A DNA stretch of 59,283 nt, counting the filler, from Jimgerdemannia flammicorona (Eukaryota), in assembly GCA_003990765.1 (NCBI GenBank). It is 2 parts of 2 records of this genome, joined end to end, with 100 filler letters (N's around TTAATTAATTAA, not from the genome) between each part and the next. Parts side by side here need not be neighbours in the genome. Positions count along the whole stretch, not along the records: positions 1 to 29,606 come from RBNJ01000482.1; positions 29,707 to 59,283 come from RBNJ01000483.1. One strand, written 5' to 3'. Shown here in pieces: positions 23,978 to 36,500 of this stretch. The notes below the pieces were generated by a model. It was not told where the DNA came from and searched no databases. It was given only the letters and a program-made list of their open reading frames with translations. Both the position numbers and the translations under genes were made by a program. The stretch's first letter is position 1. Each line of letters begins with the position of its first letter.

Positions 23978-24373
23978 CTAATAGCTCGCTCCCAATTTCT
24001 TGGCTACCTTATCAGTCCAGTCGTGGAGAACATCGCACGGGTTGCTGGATGATTTATTGAGCTGGTGGCAGTAGACTTTCACTTGGTCTGTGGGAATGCA
24101 CAGCAACCGGGAAGCAAATAATAATAATAAAAAGTCAGACCCAAAAACCAGAGTATTTCATTAGACTGTCCATCCGTACTTACTGGTTCTCCATTTCTCG
24201 CAAAGCTCAGTACCCTTTCCTTTAGACACGTTTTTGCACGCCGTGCCAAATTTTTTGCAAAAATCGGTTTGCGTTTCCTTGCAGGGGATAGTGTACGTCA
24301 AGCGGAAATCGCAGCCGCAGACAAGGGCAGTGAGGGAGAGAAGAGTGACGATGAAGAAGAGAGTCGGGCGCAT
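23978..24373 (-). CDS. Small secreted cysteine-rich protein, 99 aa, 2 exons (24373-24184, 24087-23978)
   Basis: Signal peptide MRPTLFFIVTLLSLTALVCG. The intron gtaagt...cacag is 96 bp, and the spliced CDS is exactly 300 nt ending in TAG. TATAAA lies ~55 bp upstream. Confidence 0.85.
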
Positions 24374-25712
24374 GATGATATTTGAGTAGTTTTTTGGAAG
24401 AGAGAGTGGAGTAAAATGGAGGGATTTATAACAATTATTGGCTGGCGCTTCGCTCCTGACACTCAATTATAAGTGACTGTTTTGATCAAGTTCGTCTTCC
24501 TAGATAGCTCTAAATTCTAAATTTAAACTTGACACCAAGTTTTCCTATCTAAAAATATTGTTTTTCTATTTTTAGTTGAATACCTCTAAATTAGACTTGC
24601 TATTTAATTATTATTGCTGTCCCTTGACATGGCGCAACAACCTCTTGGCAATCTTTGACAAGGTGAGTTAGCGCAGGGTAAACGTACTTCCTTGCGGAGC
24701 TTATTTCTTATCCATAATTAATTAGTATGTCAGTACCACGCACCCCATTATTGGCTGGCGATGACTTTCACTTCACGCCTATCCCATCACGAGTGGTGTG
24801 AACCGGCCAGAAAAGGAACGAGACGACGAGGAAGTAGCGGGGGCCGGCGGTAAAGTGTTGACTGTCAAGAGAGAGGGGAGACTGTTTTATCACCCTCACG
24901 GATTTCATTATAGGTGCCCGAACTCGACCCATCCGCTCTTGCAATTAACGTAAGTGTTCACAACGCCTAGCTCAAGCCCCACAACCCTACAATTGCTGCC
25001 ACCTCCCTGCATTTCTAATTCTCTTTCATTCGCCACAGCCATCGGTTTTAGGTGTGAATGCGAAAAGGTAAATGGCGAGCATGTGAATGGCAAGCAGGTG
25101 AACGGCCCAGTTGTAGCCCTGAGTCGTTGAGCGAATTGAATAACAATTGGTCGTGGAGTAAATAAGAATTTTTGAAACGACTCACGCACCTGACGTCTCC
25201 CCAACGATCAAGATTCCCATTGCATACCACATCTGTCGAACATACTAAATTCTCCACTTTACCCCAATCCTTCAAAATCCAACTTACGTGCCCGGTCTCT
25301 TCAAATAATACCCCAGAGTAGGATACTCCGAGGAGGTCGATATCAGCTATCTACCCGGAGACCCTTTCTGTGGATGAAAAGAACAGATTGGAGCAAACAA
25401 AATAGAAAGCGGTCGCGGATCATAAGTATCACATAAAACATAATTGAGCACCCTAAATGACTACGAGAAAGTACCGAATTACCATATGCTAGGTAGTAAT
25501 TTCTCGGAGCAACGCCTGGTCACTTATGAATTGAACACATGAACGGTACTTAGTCAATTTGTGGTTTAGCTAACTGTTAACAGCTGAGGACGATAGACTA
25601 TGGAATGAAGAAGTGGTGGACCGTAGAACCACAGGATACGTCTGTTTTCATTAAACCCAGGGTCACGTGTTATCATTCGCTTCACTTTTTCTTTTATTTA
25701 TTTTATATATAT

Positions 25713-28385
25713 TGTGACAAACCAAAACATACCACCCGAATTAGTAACTTAGCCAGATGACATGAACACATAGTAACCAGACACAGCAACCATTGCTGCG
25801 GAAAACTGTATAAATAGCCAGACTACCAGATAAGGTACATCTGTGCAGGACCTGCACACCTGTGCCAAACCAGCACAATTGCCATAAGTAGCAAATCTAT
25901 AGTTAGCCACATAGCAACCAGATAGCAACCACAATGTATAAAATACCCCAGAGACAAGAGTGAATAAACCTCAGTCTGAAAAGTTGAAGCAAACCAAAGA
26001 AGCCTCTAAAGATTGAGCATTGGTCCCTTTTCCCTACTCTGGTCCACTTTCTGATATAAAGCCTTGGTTCGCTTGCCAGATAAGCCTGAAGTTTGCCACC
26101 AAGTTCAAGGAAGAACTTCGCCGCTATTTGAGAAATCTGCCACTTAAGGAATAAGTCGCTACGTTTTTGGTTTGCTTGCCAGATAAGCCTGAAGAATCCT
26201 AGTTAACTGCGTTCCCAGAGAGCTGCCGATTCAGGAAGAATCCGCGTCAGCCACCATTTTCAAGTTATTTGCCGCATTCTCAGAAGAACCCCGCCGATTC
26301 AGGAAGGATCCGTGACATCTGAGTTACCCGAGCTATCTGCACCATCCGAGTCACTAGTTTGTTCCCAGTGAGCCCAAGTTATTGAGTCATCTGCCGCCAG
26401 TATTATTCCCAGTAAGCCGCCGATTCAGGAAGAGTCTGCGCCATCCTTTATTCCCAAACCACCATTCCAGGAGAATCCGTGCCAAATTAAGTTATCTGCC
26501 AAAACCGCATAAGGAACCTGCCGCGCTTTACAAGATCGTTATGCAGAAATCGCATACTTTTGGAGATCGTCATGCTACACAGAGATCGTCATGCAGAAAT
26601 CACATACTTTTGGAACCAAGATCATCACGCCGAGATTGTCGTACTACACAGAGAAATCGCCTGCTACTCAAGAAGGAGAACTGCCAAATTGCCAGACCGT
26701 CACGCATAAGGAACGCTCGTGCCACATACACAAATTGCTGCTATACCCAGAGAACCGTCCCAATAAGGAAATCGCTCACAGATATCCAGCTTTGACCATT
26801 ATACCATTAAACACCAAGGACCTTAGGAATCTTAGAACATTTTGTTGCTTTTTGACAAAGTAACTGGGGGCTCAAGCCAAACTACATCAACCCCCAACCT
26901 TATAATTTGCCTCCATTGAGCCAGGCATGTTACATTTGGGGACTCAACTGAGAATAATTTCAAAATCAACATGACTTTTCAGCTCACAAGAACCCACAGT
27001 CAAACTGGATATATTTGATATAACACCAATCTCTGCCACCATAGGAGAACCAGTCATCACCAGTATTTAGATAGGAAGAGAAGTAATAACCTCAAGACTT
27101 GCCAACTACCCAGTATCAGAAGGATCCCAACCAGAACCAGAAGCCAATACAGTCAGAGATTCCCAAGCAGATCAACCAGACAACACAGGTGGCCCTGCTG
27201 GACAACTTGAAGAACTTGCACAAGATCTTACAGCCAGATACCCCATATCAGTCCCACCAATCTCACCCATTGAACCTTTACCACCAGTGCTTGCAGAATT
27301 GGAAGTAGCTCCTACAAGAATACCTAGGCTCATTCTACTTTGTCTAAGATCCAGAACACTATCCTCAAGATACCCAAGCACCCTCATCTCCAGTAATAGT
27401 TCAGAAAGTAAATCAGAGTCAGAATCTGAATCAGAATCCAGACCAGAATCAGAATCAGAAGAAAGTGATGATAAAATGGCCACCTCACAACTAACTTTTA
27501 CAGGATATTTGGAGGAGGACCCCAGAGAATTCCTTGATGAAATTGAAGGAATCACAGCTTGGAGAAATCTCTCAGATGAAAGGAAAATTGCCATCCATAA
27601 GGCCTAGCTCAGAGAATCAGCCAGAGGAATTTTCCACCAAACAACAAATGACATATATTCAGAACTAGCAAGATAGATATAAGCAGTAGTATCTTATGAG
27701 CTAAAATATATAGCCATGGTCCACTAGCTCATCAAAAAATATGCAAGAAACAAAACCTGCCACAAGGCTCAAGAATCCATCATAGAGATGAAGATAAATC
27801 TTAGAGAATTGTCCAGAGCCTTCTTTATAAGAATCCAGAAGAGAATGCATGCTGTTGGGTTCAATGCCACCAACTAAGACATCATAGGTCCAATGACCTT
27901 CATGAATGGGATTCCTCTAAACATTACCCAGTATGTCTGCACTCTAGATACCAGAAGGTCTGAAGAGCAAGTAGATATAGCCCAAGGATTCTTTGATGTC
28001 AGATAAGGAACTATCTAGAGTGATCATGATAAGAAAGAAGATAAAGAAGACATCCTGATCAAAGCCCTACAGGGACTTCTTCAAGGACAAGAGAGATCTA
28101 AGAAAAGAAGGCCAGCTAAAGAAGAGAAGAAGGACAGGAGTAAAATCCAAGATCTTAGCTCTAAATTGGACTGATTGGTTGAGCAGATTGAAAACTCACT
28201 ATATACAAAAATTGAAGTTACCAAGATATCCTCCACAAAGGAGCCAAGGTTATCTACTAAGAGATAACAGAAGCTACCAGTAAGAGAAAAGAAGGTACTC
28301 TGTCTGAGATAGAGCCCAAGTCCAATGCTTCCACTGTAGACAATTCGAATACTATGCCACTGAATGTGATAACAAAAGAAGTGAC
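25713..28385 (+). mobile_element. Family B LTR element copy 1 (5' LTR 25713-26934, PBS, gag to zinc knuckle), truncated
   Basis: The LTR tgtgacaaac...catgttaca is homologous to 41918, 47828 and 53414. It carries gag MATSQLTFTGYLEEDPREFLDEIEG and a CFHC...C knuckle at ~28325. Confidence 0.85.
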
Positions 28386-29606
28386 TGGGGTCCCCAGGGT
28401 GGACAGTGTCACCATCTGGTGGAAGGAATCTGTAAACAGAGTAGTGGGTGGATGGAGATGGTGCTTGATAAAGTGGTCTTTCATCAAGAGAGAGTGGGCA
28501 AGTACTCTTTCTCCACTACCTTACCAGTCACAAGGTTTGGTAGGTGATCTTCTGAGTCCTCTTTCCCCTATTATTACCCCCTCTACCTCAGGTTGGTTTG
28601 CTATGCCTGTATGAGTATAGTGGGAGGAGGGCAATGGTGATGAGTTGCCTCTTTATCAGTGTCAGATTGGTGTTTTCTCCACTTTTTTGCAGTTTCTGGT
28701 GCCTTCAGCTGTGTCTGGAGTGCATCCGTTTTAGTGCAGTGCCTTCTTCCTTTTGCTGTCACCAACAAGATGCTGTCTTGGTGTATCTCGGGCTATATAG
28801 GGAGTCAGCTGACCTTGGGCATTAAGTGCTCAGTATAGGTTACCTGCAGGTCCTCAGTGCCTGTGGTGGGGCCCTCTGGCTTTGGCGAGCTTCCTGGCAA
28901 GTGCAGTTCTAATATAGGTGACTGCTTTTTGGGTGTTGTCAGGATGGGAGGGGAGATGACCATCACAGATAAGAGGAAGGGCAATAACGGTAGACCAGTA
29001 GGGTGCCAGGCTGAGGGCAGCTGTCAGGGCTGGGGCAGGTACTACTTTGGTGGGGCCTTTTGATTGGTGTGGTGTGGTTAGGTGGTAAGTGTCACTCTCA
29101 GCTTCATTTGGCAGTCAGGCAGGTTAGGCCCCAGTCATCAGGGGGGGTCAGGGGGTCTGGGGCTACCCATTTCAGGCACCTTGGCTATACTCAACTAGAA
29201 CTGAGAGCTGATATGGCAATGTGATTGAGGTCTGCAGGCTTAAGTAGTGGGGTATTGGGGGTCTCCTCCTGCCTCACATATAAGTCCTTTACTCACCTTG
29301 ACTGGGAGAACTAGGCCCTACCCACTATGTTGTACTTTGATGAGGGTTTTTCTTCTGCCTGTCATTCTCTTTGAGATGGCAGGGGCTATTCTATTTGGCT
29401 CAGACATGGCCTTATACATACGTTGGGTTCTCAGGCATATGCTTTTGGTCATTGACATATGGCTGGGTTTTTCCTGATGGTAGGGAGAACATGGTGTGCA
29501 GAATGAGGTGTGGGCCTTCTTTGGCCCTGCTGTGCCTGGTATGGTTGAGCTACTGGACAATAGCTAGCCTAAGTTAATGGGGGGGCAGTGCTTGGTGGGT
29601 GGTGGG
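28386..29606. mobile_element. GC-rich, CpG-poor insert replacing the rest of copy 1, probably a decayed retroelement fragment
   Basis: Homology to family B is lost abruptly at ~28386. The composition resembles the LINEs, but no diagnostic motif could be read with confidence. Confidence 0.3.
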
Positions 29607-29706
29607 NNNNNNNNNNNNNNNNNNNNNNNNNNNNNNNNNNNNNNNNNNNNTTAATTAATTAANNNNNNNNNNNNNNNNNNNNNNNNNNNNNNNNNNNNNN
29701 NNNNNN
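29607..29706. other. Assembly gap with artificial six-frame-stop linker TTAATTAATTAA (29651-29662)
   Basis: 44 N, the 12-nt linker and 44 N total exactly 100 bp. Confidence 0.95.
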
Positions 29707-29908
29707 TGTCTAAAATTTAGACAATGTCTAAGAAATTAGACAATGTCGAAATCGAGGACTGCTAACTATGATGCTATACTACTTTGGGAATGGGTGCGAT
29801 CAAGTGTCTATTCCCTATTTCCTTCTTCCAAATCTGGCTGTACCATCACAATATATATAATAAGAAATACTGATGGTATAAAATGATTAAAATCTGTATA
29901 TATTATGC

Positions 29909-30750
29909 TATAATATATCAGCTCAATAGAGGTAAATTATAAGATTAGAAATACTATATAGTAGACTTGAATGCTCAGTTACTTTTTCAAAAAGCAATAA
30001 AATGTTCTGTAATTTCCAATATTAGTATTTAGCAGTATAATAGTCAAATCAGTATAAAATGGTCAATTCTAATGATTTTTTAATTTAGATAGTTCTTAGA
30101 TATATAGGAAATTTATAAACAATATAAGTAGTTTTCTTATCCAATTTCTACATAATGATCTCTGCATAATATGAGTAAATTTCTTTTGTGATTTCTATAT
30201 AATAATCATTTCTCTCAAAAGTATATATTTTCTAATGTAATGGTCTCAGTATAATATAGCAAATTTGGCAGAATTTTTTAATAAGTAGTAAGTTGGTAAT
30301 TTTGATAGATAACTTAGTTTGATATAGATTCTTGAACAAAGTTATATCAAAGATTGGCTTCATATATACAAGATTATATTGAGAGACTAACTTTACTATA
30401 ATATTGCATCAGATAGACTGGCTTGTATTGAAAATACTGGGAGACTTTTTTTTAAATAGAAATAGATTTCACTTTTTGACAAAGTTGTGTCAAAGACTAC
30501 TTCATATATATGTAGTTATATTGAGAGACTAACTTTACTACAAAAGATATATCAGATAGACTGACTTTGTAGTAAGATATAAACAGACTTTGAAAATAGT
30601 AACTCTTCTCTTCTTTGTATTAAAAAGTGAACCATAGTGCAAATCAGATATCAAGCTCATAATTTCTTAAAAGTGACTTTAGAGTGGGTATTTCTTCTAA
30701 TTGTTGTGACTTTTTTCTTTAAGATCAAGTGGCTTTTATGAGTAACTATA
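29909..30750 (-). repeat. Old, heavily mutated family B LTR relic
   Basis: The reverse complement reads cttataatttacctctattgagctgatatattata (compare cttgtaatttgcctccattgagccaggcatgttaca) and gaagccaatctttgatataactttg. The right boundary is approximate. Confidence 0.65.
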
Positions 30751-33450
30751 TTATGCTAAGTATTTACATTATCTAGCAATACTATATTATTCACTTAATA
30801 CATTAATCTCTACTAAAGAATAGTCTATCCTCAGGCTGTTCTTTAGTCATTATTATAGTATTCATAAGTATCTTCAGTATCTATATCTATGTAATTATCT
30901 TCTTCGGTATCAGAATCACTTCATTCTAGTAATTTATCTTCTTTCTAAGGAAACAGAACATTAAATACTCAGAGAGTTAAGTATGGTCATCTTTTTGAAG
31001 TTGTTTAGAGTAAACTGGAACTAGATCAATACTCTAACATTCTGTTTATAGATTATATTAAGTCTGTCTGCAGCAATAGTATTTCTCTGGAATAGACTAG
31101 CGTGTTATAGATGTTGATCTGTTCTGAGACTAGAAGGTTATACTATGATTAATCAATTATATATATAGTAAGTCTGCAGTAAATAAATCTGTAGTAGATA
31201 TTCTGCCAGATTAAGGTTTTTTTGGTATATCTAATCTGTTAAAGATAGGTTCTATTTGTTTCTTAAAACTTGGGCAAGGCAACTGATAGAGCTTAGAAGA
31301 AACTGAGGACTAGGATCTGAAGGCACTGATCAATTCTCAGATTTATAGTATAAAGAGAGATATAGCTTGAGATAATTAATATATACTATATAGTGTCTTC
31401 AGAGTTTGCCTAACTATACTTCTTAAATAGATGCTAGTTTCTCTGATAATATATACAAGATAAGATTCTTCCTATTTGAGCTTCAGTTTAGCAGCAATAT
31501 TTATTTCTATTTTGCTTTTCTAAACTAGTGCTTGATCTCTAATTCTGATCTTCTATTCCTTCTGCTTCTGGTCATAGTACTTTTATTGTCTATCTTAGAC
31601 TTTGATTATCTGAGCTTGGGCTTAATTGTGTAATTGTTCTATCTTTTTAAGAAGGTCTCTAAGATTCTTATAATTAGGAGTTCTGATTCTTTTGACTAAC
31701 ATTATTTTGTTTGATAGAGGTAGCAGGGGTATTCTAAATTTTCTATAAGATTTCTGATAAGCAGAGATCCTAGTTAGTAGAATTGATTGAGATAAGTTCT
31801 TTCTTAATAATCTATTCATTCTATCATATCATTAGTTTGGTAGTAGTATTATGTCATTATTTGAGGTAGATCTTGAGAATTCAGACATAACTTATTGATA
31901 AATTCTATATCTCAGTCAGAAATAAGTTCTTCTGAGAGTTCATATCTGAGTGTAAGGCTATAGAAGAGACCAATAATTATCAAGGTATAAGCAATTTCTA
32001 TTGAGAAAGATTCATGTCATTTAGTCAGATATTCTAAAAATACTAGAATATACTTATTTCTTCTGATATAACTGGCAGAAGTTTAATAATATCTACTTCT
32101 CATCTCTGAAAGATATTATCTGATGGTAGAATTGGTTATAGTAGTGCTTGAGAGTTCTTCTTCTCTTAGTACTTCCGACAGATATCACATTTTTTGAATA
32201 TATCTCTTACTTGTGTTTTGATATTTAAAGGAGCTTTCTTTAGAGTATAGTTTCTTAGCACAGCCTTCTCTTGGTATATTAGAGTTGGTAGAAAAGTATA
32301 TCAATATTATTGTGAGCTTTTTCTGCATTATAAATAATGGTAATTTTGTAATTCTATAGAATAAGAATTCAGTGTCCAAGGATTCCAGTAGGTCTCTTAA
32401 GTTAAATAACTATTTGAGGATAGTAAGATCAGTTATTAGAGTGAATTTTTTTCTAATAAGATAGTACTTAAACAGAGTAACTGCTTATATGACTGTAAGA
32501 TATTTCAGTTTAGGATTACTATAATTGATTTACTGCTAGTTAGTGGCTCAGCTTATATAAGCTATCATATAGTACTATTGATCAGATCTTCTTGGACTAG
32601 AACTGCTCTAAAACTATTTTTAAAAGTATTTATATAAGATGAATAGCTTCTGTAGATTGGGCTGTATAAGGATTAGTACTATAGTTATACAGTACGTGAG
32701 CCTTTTAAAGACTAGTTCATGTGATTTCATTTATTTGTATAAATCTCTTTCTTAAGAAAAGTTTAGATTTGAGTGCTGATTTGGACAAAGTTCTAAATAA
32801 ATCTTCTATAGTAGGACACTAATATCAGAAATAATAGTGTAGATCTTAAGTATTGTCCAGTTGTTAATCTTCTCAGTTTTCTTTGGATCTATATGAGTTT
32901 CTTCTTTTGAAACTTAAATTTAAGGAATTTAAGTTTCTGTTTTTCAAAGTAGCTATTGTAAATATAGAGTAGATATTAGAGAAAGAGAGAAGAGCAAAAG
33001 AGTATTTGTTTATTATTTCAGATAGTATATATTTATATATTAAGTAATAATACTGAAAGATAATATATTTATAAATATATATATATATGTAAGTCATATT
33101 ATCAAGATGTTAAAATAATAGAAATTTCAATACTTCTACTTAATGAGATAATATACAAGAATATAATATAAGCAGAAATATAATATAACTAAGTAATAAT
33201 TATAAAATAACTATGAATATAGTAAATGAATACTATCTATCTATACTAAATATAAAAGAAATAGTAGTGAAAATGAAAAATGGAGATAAATCTCAATTGT
33301 AGAAAATCTCAGATATAGAAAAAGAAAGAAATAATATTGCATTATAATGCTTAAAGAGAGAGAGGTATAGAAAGATATATTGTATTATTTCTCTACTTCC
33401 TTTTTATTATAAAATATTCTGTGATTATTGATTTCTTATTACTGACATAT

Positions 33451-33452
<2 letters not shown>
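30750..33452. mobile_element. Very AT-rich decayed TE sequence, including the probable 3' end/LTR of the copia element (~33108-33452)
   Basis: CpG is almost absent and TpA is abundant. The region 33108-33400 resembles 52500-52750, and the sequence joins the copia RNase H end once the LINE is removed. Confidence 0.4.
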
Positions 33453-33522
<70 letters not shown>

Positions 33523-36500
33523 GTCACTTGGACTTTGCCATTTATTACCAATCTATAAAGTATACAATATCACCTCCCACTATCCGATCTCCATGGGGGG
33601 GCCTTCCCCTGCATCATTACTAATAAAGGCCACCTTCTCACCTATTACTCCAACTCTTCCCCCACTCTGCCTACAAATCTTCTCCACTAAGCAATATCTT
33701 TGCCCATCCTACAACCTCCAACCAAGCCACTAGCCTGTCAGGGTGTCTTCCACAAGTCTATACTAGTACAGCATCCGATCTCCCAGGCTCAGTTATCTCC
33801 CAACTTTAAAAACAAACAACCAGTGACTGGCCAGCCCTACCCAAATTGCCAAAGCCCAACCTAATGTAAGCTACTCCTTCTCCATCCCACCCACCAATCT
33901 ATCCCTCAAGTCCTCCTACTGGCCCCATGTTCCACTTCCCCTACATGCTACCCCCAAATAATCTCCAACAACTCTTCAAAAGTCACCAAGAACCTTGCAC
34001 TCTCCTAGTCAATGTTCAGGCATCTGCATATATCCTCCAACCTGCTCTACATTGTGGCACTCCTTATAGTTAAAGCAATCCCCGTTGACTAGGTGACCCG
34101 AGCAGAAGTTGAGCATGACATTCCTCCTCAATATGTGTCACCAGATTATCTAATACTTTGGTGGCATCTACCTCCTCACCTCAGCACTCTAGGCCCAAAC
34201 ACTATATCTGTCCCACTCCTTGCCAATACCCACCCCCTGCCATCCACTAGACCACAGATCCTGGCCTGGTCCTCTTTGGCAATCTATTCCATCACTAATG
34301 TCAAACTCAGTTAAGAGTATACCTCCCAGCAACACTTAGTCCCATCTCTATATTGCCAGGTCCCAAGCCTCTTTTCCTTCATTTCCTTGCCAATGAATTC
34401 CAATATGGTGTGCCCCCTCTACTACTCCCCATAAGAAGCCTTTGTAATGCAATTGAGCAATGTTTGGAAGCCCAACCAATGATAGGAGGTCTCCTATTGA
34501 GCCTCTTGGTGAAGACCTCAACTCCCAAACTTTCTGTAAGAGTGGAACCCAACTGCCCCCTCTCAGCTCTATTGCTCTCTTCATCCACCATGCTCTCAGG
34601 CAGTGTAGCTTCTTCGGGAAGTCAACCAGTCTAAGGCCTCCTCTTTTCACTGGTAAGGACAAGACCTCCCAACTGATCTGACTCTGTCTCCTAGCCCATA
34701 TCCACCCTTTGGTTAGCTTCAATAGTTTTTTCACTACCCAGGGTGGGAAGTCCAAATGATAAGCCAGGTACCACAACTTCAGTAGCCAATAGATATTCAA
34801 AACTGAGACATGATCTGCCAGAGATATGTGGCAAACTCCCCAGCTCTGCAGGGCCTCCCCCCAGACTCCTATTCTCTGCTCCCACCAGTGTATGGGAAGT
34901 ACTGATCCATATACTGACAAATAAATGCCCAAGTACTGCACCACCTCACCAGTAGGGATAGTTGTTCCAATAATGTCTCCTCTCACCAGACCATTGCCTA
35001 ATACTATTTTTTCACACTTATGTCAATTGAGTTTAGCCCCAGAGTTCATCTTATACCACTTCACTGTCCTCCTTAGCTCTTCAACATCAGTGATAGATCC
35101 CAGGCCAACCACTATATCATCTGCAAAGGCCCCAACTTTCCACCCAATTTCAAAGCTGGTGAGCCCTTTTATCTTCCTTTGAATACTATTCATTAGGGGT
35201 TCCAGTAAAAGAGCATACAGAATGGGGGACAGTGGGTCCCCCTGTGGAACACCCCTTCTCAGGGGGAATGATACTCCTCTATACTCATTACAAATGAGTA
35301 CAGCCCAACTCCCTTCCAATAGACTGATCATTGCTGACTGGAACTGGTGTAGAACCCCAGTTCTCTCCAATACTTTTGCTAGCCAGACTCACCACACCTA
35401 GTCATAAGCCTTCTTCTGATCCAAGAAGACCAGTCTCCCATCCAGTCCATAAGCTTGTGTCCCTTCGATAAAACCATACACCCAGGCCATGCCATCCCTA
35501 ATGAGCTAGCTGCCTACAAAGCCCCTCTGCTCAATACTTAAAACTTGCTGTGCCATCTTCTGAAGCCTTGTGACCACCACCTTCATAACCAATTTTCTGT
35601 CTATATCCAGCAGCATAATCAGCAACCAGTTCTTCCAGTCCTCTCACCTTCCTTTGTTCTTGTAAAGCAATGTCACCAGCCCAAGATCCTGCTCCCCCCC
35701 CCATCTCCCTGTCTGTAGGATAAAATCACACAGTGCTGTCATCTTACCTAGTACTCCAGGCACTTCCACTATTTTCTTCCAGAAGTCCCAGGGCAGACCA
35801 TCCTCTCCAGGTACAGTATCCTGCATTGTTGCCACAAGGATCTGACAGATCTCTTCTTCTTGAATCAGCAACACCAAGTCCTCCAGCCCATCTACTTGTG
35901 AGGGGTACCAATCCTCCAATATCCAATCAATAGTACCAGTGTCAGCTCCACTCTCCTCCTTACTCCACAATTCACTCCACTACTCCTTAAGCAATCCAAG
36001 AATGTCTTATATATCATGCACCAGTATACCCTCTGAGTTAATCACCCCCTTCCACCATTACTGAACCCTTCTTGCCTGAAGGGCTCTTGTGAGATACTTT
36101 GAGGGCCTCTCTCCTTCCTCCAAACCCTGCCAATGAAGCTATGCCACCAAGCTCTGCACCCTTGCCTCCTCTTCTTCCTGCAATACCTGTTGTAATTCAC
36201 TGACCTCCATTTTAGCCCTCCTCAGCCTCCAATCCTCACCTCTCTCTAATATTACTAGTCCTGCTCAATTCTCTAAGAGTCTAGACAGTCTACCAGTAGC
36301 CCATCTCACCTGCTGCCTCCTCTGCTTCCCCACTCCTTGCCAGCCTCACTCCAGTAGGCCCTTTCCCTCTCTTCCAATCTCATCTACTGAATACCAACTG
36401 AGACACCTTCCTGTCTCCAGCTTACCACCCTCAGTTATATGTCTTCAGCCCACTCATCCCACCAGATCCCATCATCTAAAAAAGAGGCATTGAGGCACCA

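Noticed and set aside
24790..25450. Possible spliced gene with VNG repeats (KVNGEHVNGKQVNG)
   Set aside because: A consistent exon chain could not be built and no domain was recognised.
29651..29662. Palindromic TTAATTAATTAA within an N run
   Set aside because: It is an artificial six-frame-stop linker. Adjacency of the two sides is also not guaranteed.
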